DNA of 63,521 bases from contig JAEEML010000089.1 of the NCBI GenBank assembly GCA_016283195.1, positions 1-63,521 on the forward strand. The letters are read 5' to 3'. Source of the DNA: Deltaproteobacteria bacterium (GTDB lineage Bacteria > JAEEML01). The position numbers and the translations under genes are program-made. Shown in pieces: positions 9,696 to 18,895 of the stretch (the stretch's first letter is position 1; each line of letters starts with the position of its first letter). The notes under the pieces were generated by a model that saw only the letters and a list, made by a program, of their open reading frames with translations, was not told where the DNA came from and made no database searches.

Positions 9696-12527
9696 TCAGT
9701 TTTTAACGCAGCGGACAGAAAAAGCCATGACCTTGCTGACTACCCCGGTATCGAATTTATTGCCGCCTAAGTGGTAATATTTAGCCAGACCGCTGCTGTC
9801 TGATTTGCTCCAAAAGTAAGCATCGGAGCCAAAATCACCGTAGATGCCTATATTATGGCTGCCGGCGGGGTAAGCGGCAAAGCCGTAGCTATCGGCGCCC
9901 CAGTTGTCGTAATTGCGCCAGGGGATATTTTTGGCAATAAGGGCAATAAAAGCACTGCCGACGTGAGTATTTGCGAGATCCGCTTCAACAAAGCCGGCGA
10001 GAGTTTGCCACTCTTCTGCAGTGGGCATATGCCAGCCGGTGGGGCAAAAATTATCGGCTGCGGTATCATCCCAGCGGTACAAAAGACCATAAACAGCGTC
10101 ATTGCTCTCTTTGCCGTTGGCGTGGAAATTGGTGCCAATATTGCGGCGATAATTTTCCGCCATCCAAGTTTGGGTGCCGATTTTTACCGCTCTATAGCTG
10201 TTGCCGTCCTGATCTTGCACTGTTTCGGTGATGCTTATATCGCAATTGGGGCCGCCAAAGCCTTCAAAGCATTTTGTGCAGGTGCCATCGCCTAAAAGGC
10301 TGTCGTTGCAATAGCCGTTTTGGCAAGTGCATTTTTGGCAATTTTTGCCGAAATAGCCGCTTTGACACTGGTCGCAGTTGCTGCCTTCCCAGCCGGTATT
10401 GCAAAAAGAGCAGCTACCGTCGCCGGCAAGACCGCCTTTGCAGACGCCATGCTGGCAATTACAAGCTGTACAGGTGGGGCCAAAATGGCCGCTTTCGCAC
10501 TCATCGCAGTTGTCACCGGCAAAACCGGAGAGGCAGCTGGAACAGGTGCCGTCGCCGGAAAGAGTATCCTTGCAATAGCCGTTTTGGCAGGTGCATTTTT
10601 CACAATTTTCGCCAAAATAACCGCTTTGACACTTATTGCAACCCGGCCCGGTTTTGCCTTCGGGGCAGGAATCACAATTCCCGCTGCCGCTCACGCCGTC
10701 ATCACAACCGCCGTTACAGGAACATTTTTCACAAAATGAGCCATAGTAGCCTTTGGAACATTCAAGACAACCGGCACCAACGCGGGAGATGTCACATTCA
10801 GGGCAGACATTTATAACATTATTGAGGCCGCCAAAGCCGTCGTTTTCTGTATTGGGATTTGTTTGGTCATGAGTCCAGTTATCTTTTTCATTATTAATAT
10901 TGTATTTATAAATATGTTTGCCGCTGCTGGGGATAATGATGGTAACTTTCCAGAGAGATCCCTCTTTGGCCATGGGCTTTAGGCAATCGCCCCAGTTTTC
11001 ACAGCCTAAAAAGTCGCCGCCTACGGCAACAGACTCTTCGCCGTTATCGGGATAAGTAAAAGTTATTACATTACAAGGTCCATAAGTGCAGGTGCCGTTA
11101 GGTTGGGCGGTATAGCCGCTTTTGCAACTATCGCAATTTTGGCCGCCAAAACCATCCTGGCAGGTGCAATAACCGCTGCCGGTGAGGCCGTCATTACAGG
11201 TGCCGTTTTCACAAGTGCAGGGGAGGCAATCGGCATCGTAATAGCCTTTGGAACATTCCTGGCAGTTTTTGCCGTTATGGGCGGCGTTACATTCAGGGCA
11301 AACATCAAGAAAACTGTTTATGCCGCCAAAACCATCGCCCGCTTGATTGGGATTATTGTAATCATGCACCCACCAGCGTTCTTCGGGAATAGAGCGGTTA
11401 ATGATAAATTTGTAAAAATGGCGCCCGCTTGAAGGGATAGTGGCAGTGACTTTCCATAGGCCATCGCTATCCGGCACCATGGTTAAGGGACATTCCACCC
11501 AGTTATTACAGCCGAGCCAGTCGCCGGCCAGAGAGACGGTTTGCGGGGTATTGGCACCGCTGTCATAGCTGAAGGTAACTTCATTACATGGCGGAACTCT
11601 AACGCAGAGGCCGTCTTTAAGAGTGTAATCTGTATCGCATGTATCGCAATTTGTCCCGGTATAGCCTTCGTGACAACTATGCCATCTGCATTCGCCGTTG
11701 CCGTCAGCGCCGTCGTCACAGGTGCCGTGCTTACAGGTACATTCCTTACAAGTGGGGCCAAAGAAATTAGCTTTACAGAGGTCGCAATTTGCTCCGGTAT
11801 AGCCTTCGTCACAGAGGCAGACACCAAGGCCGTCTTTGGTGTCATCGCAATGCCCATGGCCGCAATCGGGGCATTTTTCGCAGTTCTCGCCAAAATAGCC
11901 GCTTTGGCAAATGTTGCACTCTGCTCCGCTGAAGCCCTCATCACAAGTGCTGCAGGTGCCATCTCCGGCCATGGTATCGCTGCAGACGCCGCTTGGGCAA
12001 TCGGGGCATTTTTTACACTCGGTACCATAGTAGCCCGGTGCGCATTTTTCGCACCGGCTGCCCATAAAACCCTCCGGGCAGGAACAGGTGCCTTGGCCGG
12101 TAATAGTGTCGGCGCATTTTCCGGCGCCGCAGTTTGGACATTCCTGGCAGGTTGGGCCATAAAAACCGGGCAGGCAGCTATCGCAGGCCGCGCCGCCAAA
12201 GCCGGGATTACAGGTGCAGGAACCGTCACCGGCTTTGGTATCGTTGCAACGCCCCTTGCCGCACTCACCGCATTTTTGGCAAGTTGAGCCAAAGTAGCCG
12301 CTTACACACTCGTCACATTTGGGCCCGGCAAAACCGACAGGACATGATAAGCCATTATTATTGTTGTTATTATTATTGTGCGTGTCGGTATTGGTATCAC
12401 TTGTTGTGGTCTTTCCCGGCTTTTCGGTTGCCGTATTCTCTTTGGGATCCTTATCCTTATCCTTATCTTTGTGACAGGCGCAGAGAGAGAGTGTCACCAG
12501 GCAAGTGAAGCACAAAATTCGTTTCAT
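9696..12527 (-). CDS. Cys-rich surface lipoprotein with ~12 laminin/EGF-like repeats, two CBM48-like modules and a C-terminal FISUMP domain
   Basis: Signal peptide plus lipobox (LSLCAC), KD and poly-N linker. Repeated spacing C-x2-G-F/Y-x-G-x2-C-x2-C-x2-G-Y/F-F/Y-G-x2-C-x2-C-x-x-C-x2-G-x-C-x-D-x3-G-D/S-G-x-C. See the domain features below. Confidence 0.85.
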   Translation of the reverse strand: MKRILCFTCLVTLSLCACHKDKDKDKDPKENTATEKPGKTTTSDTNTDTHNNNNNNNNGLSCPVGFAGPKCDECVSGYFGSTCQKCGECGKGRCNDTKAGDGSCTCNPGFGGAACDSCLPGFYGPTCQECPNCGAGKCADTITGQGTCSCPEGFMGSRCEKCAPGYYGTECKKCPDCPSGVCSDTMAGDGTCSTCDEGFSGAECNICQSGYFGENCEKCPDCGHGHCDDTKDGLGVCLCDEGYTGANCDLCKANFFGPTCKECTCKHGTCDDGADGNGECRWHSCHEGYTGTNCDTCDTDYTLKDGLCVRVPPCNEVTFSYDSGANTPQTVSLAGDWLGCNNWVECPLTMVPDSDGLWKVTATIPSSGRHFYKFIINRSIPEERWWVHDYNNPNQAGDGFGGINSFLDVCPECNAAHNGKNCQECSKGYYDADCLPCTCENGTCNDGLTGSGYCTCQDGFGGQNCDSCKSGYTAQPNGTCTYGPCNVITFTYPDNGEESVAVGGDFLGCENWGDCLKPMAKEGSLWKVTIIIPSSGKHIYKYNINNEKDNWTHDQTNPNTENDGFGGLNNVINVCPECDISRVGAGCLECSKGYYGSFCEKCSCNGGCDDGVSGSGNCDSCPEGKTGPGCNKCQSGYFGENCEKCTCQNGYCKDTLSGDGTCSSCLSGFAGDNCDECESGHFGPTCTACNCQHGVCKGGLAGDGSCSFCNTGWEGSNCDQCQSGYFGKNCQKCTCQNGYCNDSLLGDGTCTKCFEGFGGPNCDISITETVQDQDGNSYRAVKIGTQTWMAENYRRNIGTNFHANGKESNDAVYGLLYRWDDTAADNFCPTGWHMPTAEEWQTLAGFVEADLANTHVGSAFIALIAKNIPWRNYDNWGADSYGFAAYPAGSHNIGIYGDFGSDAYFWSKSDSSGLAKYYHLGGNKFDTGVVSKVMAFSVRCVKN
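9699..10225 (-). other. FISUMP (Fibrobacter succinogenes major paralogous, TIGR02145-type) domain
   Basis: DGNSYRAVKIGTQTWMAENY...YGLLYRW...FCPTGWHMPTAEEWQTL...YGFAAYPAG...AYFWS...FSVRCVK follows the domain consensus closely, as I recall it. Confidence 0.8.
10795..11081 (-). other. CBM48/AMPK-beta-like (glycogen-binding-type) module, copy 2
   Basis: GPCNVITFTYPDNGEESVAVGGDFLGCENWGDCLKPMAKEGSLWKVTIIIPSSGKHIYKYNINNEKDNWTHDQTNPN fits the V-x-L-x-G-D-F-x-x-W...W...L-x-x-G-x-H-x-YKF pattern. Confidence 0.6.
11290..11594 (-). other. CBM48/AMPK-beta-like module, copy 1
   Basis: PPCNEVTFSYDSGANTPQTVSLAGDWLGCNNWVECPLTMVPDSDGLWKVTATIPSSGRHFYKFIINRS...WWVHDYNNPN. Confidence 0.6.
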
Positions 12528-12715
12528 TATGACTCCTTCTTATAATCAGGGCAAAATTGCCAAACAGAACTTTTCCTATCTAAAACAATATGGCTTTTAA
12601 GTCAAATGCCAAAGCCTTAGTATAACTTATAGTGGCCAAAGCGGGAATAGCTTGCGCCGCCAGCTGTTTTGTGCTAGCTAGAGTGCTTATCTGGATAGCT
12701 TCATAAGGAGGCTAA

Positions 12716-13615
12716 ATGGGCGAAGATAAAACAGCACTGGTAAATATAAACGAGCTTAGGTCAGCATTATTAAGTAATAAAACTGAGAACAAACGCGAAG
12801 CTACGCTGCTTTTTCTCACCGGCCCGGAACGGGGTCAGCTTTATAAATTGGATAGTAAAGAGACCACCATCGGCCGCGACCCGGCTTGCACTATTTCCAT
12901 TCCCGATGGCAGTTTAAGCCGTAGTCATGCTAGGTGCGTAGAGCGCGGTGCGGAAGTTTGGCTTGAGGATTTGGGCAGTACCAACGGCACTTACTGCAAC
13001 GGCGAACAGATAAAAAAAGTAGCCCTTTGCGATGGTGACCGCATTCAGCTTGGCAATAATATCATCATCAAGTTTAGTTGGCAGGATAGCCTGGAAAGCA
13101 CTTTTCAAGAGCAGCTTTTTAACTCGGCCAATAAAGATGGCCTGACCGGCCTCTTTAATAAAAAATATTTTGAAGAGCATCTCGCTACCGAGTTTGCCTT
13201 TGCTCGCCGCCATGATACGCCGTTATCGCTTATAATGTTTGATATCGACCATTTTAAAAAGGTAAACGATACTTACGGGCACCTGGCCGGGGATGAAATT
13301 TTGCGCTCTTTGGCGCATTTAATCAGTGCCATGGTGCGTACCGAAGATTTGCTGGCGCGCTATGGCGGAGAAGAATTTGTGGTTTTGCTGCGCGGCGACC
13401 AGGCGTCGGCTTATGCCATGGCTGAGCGTTTGCGTAAGGCAGTGGAAAAACACGCTTTTTCTTTCTATGGCGAGTCTATTCCGGTAACCATCAGCTTAGG
13501 CGTACATACGCTTAGCGAGAATAGCGGCTCGCCGCTTGATTTGGTAATGAAGGCCGATGAATACCTCTATAGAGCCAAAAACGCCGGCCGTAATAGCACA
13601 GGCTGTGCACCTTAA
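12716..13615 (+). CDS. FHA-domain diguanylate cyclase (FHA-GGDEF)
   Basis: FHA: TIGRDPACTISIPDGSLSRSHARC...DLGSTNGTYCNG. GGDEF: DIDHFKKVNDTYGH, RYGGEEFVVLL, with an RxxD I-site (RTED) five residues upstream. Confidence 0.9.
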   Translation: MGEDKTALVNINELRSALLSNKTENKREATLLFLTGPERGQLYKLDSKETTIGRDPACTISIPDGSLSRSHARCVERGAEVWLEDLGSTNGTYCNGEQIKKVALCDGDRIQLGNNIIIKFSWQDSLESTFQEQLFNSANKDGLTGLFNKKYFEEHLATEFAFARRHDTPLSLIMFDIDHFKKVNDTYGHLAGDEILRSLAHLISAMVRTEDLLARYGGEEFVVLLRGDQASAYAMAERLRKAVEKHAFSFYGESIPVTISLGVHTLSENSGSPLDLVMKADEYLYRAKNAGRNSTGCAP

Positions 13616-13618
13616 ATC

Positions 13619-16315
13619 ATGTCTGGGTCTCTTAACGATAGCTCGTTACCTGTTTTGCGATTTAGAGGCAGGGCAGCGAAAAGAGTAACAAAGCGCCGCC
13701 TTAGCCGCCTGGGGGAACTTTGCGCCAATTTGCTCCTTGGGCAGCTTAATTTGCCGCCGGAGGCTGAGGAGAAGCTAAAAAAGCTCCATAGCGAGGGCAC
13801 TTGTGTTTATGTAGGCCAAAATCAGAGCCGCCTTTTGATGCTCCACCAGCTTTACAATTTAGAGCGCCTTAATTTGCCTCTGCCTAAAGCAGTTATCGGT
13901 CCGCTGCATCTCGCTTGGCTCTCGCAAGAGCAACTTGCTGAAAATATTGAAGAACTTTCGGCAGCTGCGGAGATGCGCCACTTTTTGCACTGGGGCTTTT
14001 TGCCTACTCTTTCCATGACACTGGCTTATCAAAAGCTAAAAACCGGGAATCCGGTTTCGCTCTGTCTTAACAGTGCGTATCAAGGCCTTCTCGCTCCCTG
14101 GCCGTTTTTTGAGGAATTTATCCCGCTGATAAAGGCTCAGGAAGAGAGCTCACGTCCGCTTCTTATCGTGCCCTATATGCTCTTTACCTCGATGGATCCG
14201 CCGAAACAAAAAGGCGGCCTTTTAAAGCGCCTTTTAGGTAACAGCTTTTTTGATACCATTTATGACTTTATCAATCTGCTCTTGCCGGAGGGCAACCAAT
14301 TGGCCAGAGTGCGCCTGGGTAATGAGCTTAATTTAAAAGAGTGGCTTAAAAATGCACCAAAGGATCTTCCGCCTGAGGAACTTTGCGGCCGCCTCTATGA
14401 GGAGCTTAGAGCTCGCTTTTTGAATGAGGAGCGGGTGGCTATCGGCCCGCGCCGCCCCAAAGCCAAAGATGCTTTTCATTTTATTATGCAAGACCCTAAA
14501 GTGCTGGCGGCAGCTGAACTTAATGAAACTGCCTCGCCCAAAGAAAGACACCAATATGAGCAAAGAGTGCAAAAAACGGTGCGCGAGATAGCCGCCAATT
14601 ATAATGGCCGTTTTTTACGCCTATTAAGCTATGCCATCGGCTTTATTGTTTCCAAAATATATGATGATGTGGTTATCGACCGGCCGGCCTTAAAGGAAGT
14701 GGCACGAGCTATGGAGAAGGGGCCGATTATCATTTGCCCTTCCCATAAGAGCCATATTGATTATCTGGTGGCCAGCAGTACTCTCTTCCATGCCGGCCTG
14801 ACACCGCCGCATATCGCCGCCGGAGCTAATCTCTCCTTCTGGCCCCTAGGGCCCATCTTTCGGCGCGGCGGAGCTTTTTTTATCCGCCGTACTTTTAGGG
14901 GCGATGCCTTTTATACCGCTGTGATGAAATCTTATGTGCGCTATCTTTTATCCAGCGGATATTCCATAGAATTTTTTATGGAAGGCGGGCGAAGTCGCAC
15001 CGGTAAGCTCTTGATGCCCAAAATGGGCATGATGGCTATGGTTTTGGAGGCCTGGCGCGATGAAGGTTATCCCGATATTCACGTTGTGCCGCTTTCCATA
15101 GATTACGAGCGTATTGTGGAGTCCGGTTCTTATACCAAAGAGCTGGCCGGCGGTGAAAAACGGCCGGAAGATATCAAGGGGCTTCTTTCCAGTAGCCGTT
15201 TGCTCTCCCTAAAAGGCGGGCGCATTTATCTAAATTTTGCCAGCCCCATAAGCCTTAGAAAATATTTGGCGGATCAAAAAGGCATGGATCTTCTGGCCGA
15301 AGATGCTGAGGCCCACAAGGTGCCGGCGGAAACGCTTTCCAAGGACGATTGGCGCGAGCTCAACCAGCACCTTTGTTACCGGGCTTTATATAATGTGGGC
15401 ATGGCGGTTACTTTAACACCTACTGCCTTGCTTTCTTTGGTGCTTCTAAGCCAACCGGGCCGCGTTTTTACGCGTGAGCAGCTTGTACATCGTGTTGATT
15501 TCTTTAGTAAAATACTTTATGCTACCGGTATTGCTTTTTCGCCTATGCTAAAAGATGAGCAAAATGCCGCTATTGAAGCAGTTATCGACAGCCTCTTGAG
15601 CGAGGGCCTCTTAGAGCGCGAGAGCCACCATCGCACAGCTAAAAAGAGCCTTTTAAAGCTGAGTGAAATGGCCTCTTTTGAGCTGGATTTTTATAAAAAT
15701 AACGTTATGCAGCAGCTGGCTCCGCTGGCTATCGCCGCCGGTGCGGTAATAACCGCGTTTAGCGCCGATAATGCTGACGTTTCCTATGAAAAAGCGGCTG
15801 AAAGGGCCGATTTTTTGTCGCGGCTCTTTAAAAACGAGTTTCTTTTTGCTCCAGAACCTGATGATTTGCCTAATTTTGATATCGCTATGGCCTTTTTAGC
15901 CGCCCACGGCTTTATAGATATCACCGCTGATAATACAGTGAGAATAGTGCGCAAGGAGCCCCTAAAATGGTTGCTCTCAACTCTGGACTCCTTTATTGAA
16001 GCCTACTGGGTGGTGATAAGCTCACTGGCTGAGCTTAGGCGTTTTCCCATGTGGCAAGGGGAGTTTTCTAAAAAATGCCTGGCCGAATGTCGTTTTCGTT
16101 TCAGTACCGGTAAATTACTCACCAATGAATCAGCCAGTAAAATACTTATCGGTAATGCCATTGGCTGGCTTTTGGAAAACGGATATTTATTAAGAGAGGC
16201 GATTTCCGGCGAAGGTGTTAATAAAAATCGCCTGCCCTTGCAACTTAACGGCGATGAAGCTATAGAGGCTTCCTTGGCCGAAAAATTAAAGCCGTTTTTG
16301 CCGCTTAATCGCTAG
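13619..16315 (+). CDS. plsB: Glycerol-3-phosphate acyltransferase
   Basis: 898 aa. HX4D block CPSHKSHIDYLV, GAFFIRRTF and FMEGGRSRTGKLL, colinear with E. coli PlsB. Starts 3 nt after the GGDEF gene stop. Confidence 0.88.
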   Translation: MSGSLNDSSLPVLRFRGRAAKRVTKRRLSRLGELCANLLLGQLNLPPEAEEKLKKLHSEGTCVYVGQNQSRLLMLHQLYNLERLNLPLPKAVIGPLHLAWLSQEQLAENIEELSAAAEMRHFLHWGFLPTLSMTLAYQKLKTGNPVSLCLNSAYQGLLAPWPFFEEFIPLIKAQEESSRPLLIVPYMLFTSMDPPKQKGGLLKRLLGNSFFDTIYDFINLLLPEGNQLARVRLGNELNLKEWLKNAPKDLPPEELCGRLYEELRARFLNEERVAIGPRRPKAKDAFHFIMQDPKVLAAAELNETASPKERHQYEQRVQKTVREIAANYNGRFLRLLSYAIGFIVSKIYDDVVIDRPALKEVARAMEKGPIIICPSHKSHIDYLVASSTLFHAGLTPPHIAAGANLSFWPLGPIFRRGGAFFIRRTFRGDAFYTAVMKSYVRYLLSSGYSIEFFMEGGRSRTGKLLMPKMGMMAMVLEAWRDEGYPDIHVVPLSIDYERIVESGSYTKELAGGEKRPEDIKGLLSSSRLLSLKGGRIYLNFASPISLRKYLADQKGMDLLAEDAEAHKVPAETLSKDDWRELNQHLCYRALYNVGMAVTLTPTALLSLVLLSQPGRVFTREQLVHRVDFFSKILYATGIAFSPMLKDEQNAAIEAVIDSLLSEGLLERESHHRTAKKSLLKLSEMASFELDFYKNNVMQQLAPLAIAAGAVITAFSADNADVSYEKAAERADFLSRLFKNEFLFAPEPDDLPNFDIAMAFLAAHGFIDITADNTVRIVRKEPLKWLLSTLDSFIEAYWVVISSLAELRRFPMWQGEFSKKCLAECRFRFSTGKLLTNESASKILIGNAIGWLLENGYLLREAISGEGVNKNRLPLQLNGDEAIEASLAEKLKPFLPLNR

Positions 16316-16411
16316 TAAAGAGCTGCTTAGCGCCCGCTTTTAGGCTCTCAAAAAATTCTACATTGATTTGCTGGCTAAATTTGAGTTTGTGCGGGAAAAA
16401 CTTAGGGAATC

Positions 16412-17083
16412 TTATTTGCCCATTTTTTTGATGGCCGGGCGCACCACAACGTAGCTACCGGGTTTACCGGGCACCGAGCCGTTGATTAAGAGCAGATTGC
16501 GGGCGGCGTCAATTTTGGTAACTTTAATATTTTGGGTGGTTACCTGGTTGTTACCCATGTGGCCGGGCAGGTTTTTGCCAATGGTAACGCGGGTGGGGTT
16601 ACGGCAACCGATGGAACCAACGTGGCGTTTATATTCATGGGCACCGTGGGTGCGGCCAAAACCGTGGTGGTTGTGGCGTTTCATAACGCCTTGAAAACCG
16701 CAGCCTTTGGCTGTGCCGATGACATCGACGAACTTTTCGCCTTCAAAAAGAGCTACTGTGAGTTCGGCGCCCACTTCGTATTTGGCGAGTTCGGCTTCTT
16801 TTACGCGAATCTCTTTGACAAATTTTTTGGCTACGCCGCCGGATTTTTTAACATGGCCGGCTTCGGGCTTGGAGACCTTTTTCTCTTTTTTGTTATCAAA
16901 GCCCAGTTGCAGAGCGCTGTAACCGTCGCTCTTGCCGTTTTCGTGCACAGCTTCGCTTCTCTTGGCGAGAATGGTGCAGGGGCCAACTTCGATGACGGTA
17001 ACCGGCACCATGTGCCCTTTGTCATCAAAGAATTGAGTCATACCGAGTTTTTTACCTAAAAGACCTAATTTGCGCTCTTGCAT
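16412..17083 (-). CDS. rplC: 50S ribosomal protein L3 (isolated from any S10 operon context)
   Basis: Start at ATG 17083 with AAGGAGGA upstream; ORF-track start 17149 adds 22 aa. LGKKLGMTQ, VPVTVIEVGP, KPEAGH, GFQGVMKRH, HVGSIG, PGHMG and AARNLLLINGSVPG are colinear with bacterial L3. Confidence 0.9.
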   Translation of the reverse strand: MQERKLGLLGKKLGMTQFFDDKGHMVPVTVIEVGPCTILAKRSEAVHENGKSDGYSALQLGFDNKKEKKVSKPEAGHVKKSGGVAKKFVKEIRVKEAELAKYEVGAELTVALFEGEKFVDVIGTAKGCGFQGVMKRHNHHGFGRTHGAHEYKRHVGSIGCRNPTRVTIGKNLPGHMGNNQVTTQNIKVTKIDAARNLLLINGSVPGKPGSYVVVRPAIKKMGK

Positions 17084-17208
17084 TGCTTCCTCCTTAGGAA
17101 ATCTGTTGAATTGTACCACCATTGGTACGGGAACACGGTAAGGCGCCAAACCGGCGGTTCCGCTGGAGGCGCCTTATAAACAATTTTTATGAAAAAGTAA
17201 AGAACTAT

Positions 17209-18879
17209 TTATACTCTGAGGCGAAAACTGCTGCCGCTCTTGGATCTCGTTGGCGGAGTGGTCGGAGCTGCCGGCTGAGCTTTAGGCGCACTTCCTAAAA
17301 TGGAGCGCAAAATGGCCGCCGCGCCGCCATAACTGCCAAAGAGAGCCGGGCCGTCGGTTATGCCGGCGCGGATATAACCCTCTTCGAGGGGACTTTCCGT
17401 GCGGTAATAAATGGCCCTAAAACTCCAATCGGGAGTGAGACGGTGGTTCAAGATAAGCGAAAAGAGGAGTTCGTTAATAAGGTTAAAGCCCTCTTTGTCG
17501 TAGGCAATGGCCAGTCTTTTAGCGCTAAGCTCTGTTTCGGCTTCTTTAGAAAGCAAATATGAACCCGGTAGTGAAGCCATGACGCCCATGCTGATTTGGC
17601 CGCTGATAAGGCCGCCAAGTTCGGCGGCGGTTATCAAATTGGCGGCCGGCAAAGTGGCAATGGCTCCATTTAGGCCATCTATAAAGGCCATCGGTAACTG
17701 GATGGCGCTCTCATTTAAAGGAATAGCGCGCTTTAATAGAGCGATGGAATTAAATTGCAGGTTATCGGCTTTAAGAAGCGCTTTAAGCATGGGCAAAAAA
17801 GCGCTGTTTTCCAGCGGTAGAATAAGCAGTAACCCGGCTTGGCGGCGGCTCCCCGGCTTTAAAAGCAGACGCGGATCGGCCAGGCTGTATTCCAGGGCGC
17901 TGAGGTCAATTAGAGTATAACTGCCGGCTTGGCCAAAAGGTCCGCCGCGCTGCACAATACCGCAAGTGGCGGCCGCTTTGTTATATTCGGCTAGTAGCTC
18001 CTCTTTTTGAGCTAAAAAATCGCGCAAAATCCAATAGAGCAGATCTTCGCTGAAAAGGCCGCCGGCCGCCGCCGCTCTAAGCTCGCTAAGCGGTGCTACC
18101 AAAGCAGTATTTTGGCGGTACCACTCAGTGAGAACGGGGCGCAGTTCGCGCACATAGGGGGAGAGCAGGTCGCTAAAAGCCGGGCTGTCGGTGAGGATTA
18201 AGTGGAGCGGCGTGCCGTTTAGAGGAATAGAGGAGAGAACACTCAATAAATCGGCGGAATAATCCTTTTTGGCGCCGCTTTTTAGCTCTTTATGCAAGTA
18301 AATAAGCGGATTATAGCTATGCTCCATAAGGAAGAGCAGTGCCGGGATAAGGCGCTCATCGCTCTCACTGTTTGCGGCTATAAGCTCTTCCAAAGTGCTG
18401 CCCAAAAGAAAGCTTATGGCAGTTAAAATCTGCTCGGCTTGCCCGCTATCCTGCTCCTTTGCGCTATCAAAGGCCGCCAGTTTGGCTGTAAGGCCGCTTT
18501 TCTTGGCCAGTAGATACCAACTGTCGGCCAGAGCCAAAAAGGCGGCTAGCCATGAAGTAATCACCGGCCCCATATTTTCATGAGCAATATCAATGAGTAG
18601 CGTATCTCCGTTTAACTCCATGGCGCTAAGACCGCTTTTAGCTCTAAAAAGCGGCGCCGCAATTTGCGGCAGCGGGCTACTTTGTAAATAAATTTTTTTA
18701 TAAAGCCAAAAATCAGCCGGCAGATTATTAAAAAGAGCGCTTAAACTAGTTAGCGTCGGTGCTGTTTCGGCCAGAGGTACAAATTGCCGCAAGGCCAGAA
18801 ACTGGCGTTTTTTCAGCAGGTTGTAAATAGTATAGTGGCTATCCAGCAGGGCCAGTTCAGAAATGACTTTGCTTTCCAT
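17209..18879 (-). CDS. Hypothetical 556-aa protein, no recognisable domain, co-directional with the ClpA-like gene
   Basis: Long uninterrupted ORF starting 16 nt after the upstream stop. Leu/Ala-rich and helical-looking, with a basic Pro-rich tail (PAAPTTPPTRSKSGSSFRLRV). No motif I can name. Confidence 0.6.
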   Translation of the reverse strand: MESKVISELALLDSHYTIYNLLKKRQFLALRQFVPLAETAPTLTSLSALFNNLPADFWLYKKIYLQSSPLPQIAAPLFRAKSGLSAMELNGDTLLIDIAHENMGPVITSWLAAFLALADSWYLLAKKSGLTAKLAAFDSAKEQDSGQAEQILTAISFLLGSTLEELIAANSESDERLIPALLFLMEHSYNPLIYLHKELKSGAKKDYSADLLSVLSSIPLNGTPLHLILTDSPAFSDLLSPYVRELRPVLTEWYRQNTALVAPLSELRAAAAGGLFSEDLLYWILRDFLAQKEELLAEYNKAAATCGIVQRGGPFGQAGSYTLIDLSALEYSLADPRLLLKPGSRRQAGLLLILPLENSAFLPMLKALLKADNLQFNSIALLKRAIPLNESAIQLPMAFIDGLNGAIATLPAANLITAAELGGLISGQISMGVMASLPGSYLLSKEAETELSAKRLAIAYDKEGFNLINELLFSLILNHRLTPDWSFRAIYYRTESPLEEGYIRAGITDGPALFGSYGGAAAILRSILGSAPKAQPAAPTTPPTRSKSGSSFRLRV

Positions 18880-18895
18880 AAGGCCTCCCTGGTAA

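Noticed and set aside
10274-12508. Several 80-270-aa ORFs on both strands within 9696-12527, for example 11483-12292 minus (off frame) and 11541-12287 plus.
   Set aside because: These are shadow ORFs of the EGF-like repeat gene. Their translations are Ala/Thr/Pro- or Arg-rich low complexity, and none has an independent RBS or start context.
16412-17149. N-terminally extended starts given by the ORF track for rplC (17149), the ClpA-like gene (21568), the ECF sigma (39633), the IMPase (9623), the Rpn gene (1784) and others.
   Set aside because: In each case a downstream ATG or GTG with a clear Shine-Dalgarno sequence matches the conserved protein N-terminus. The extensions add non-conserved residues.
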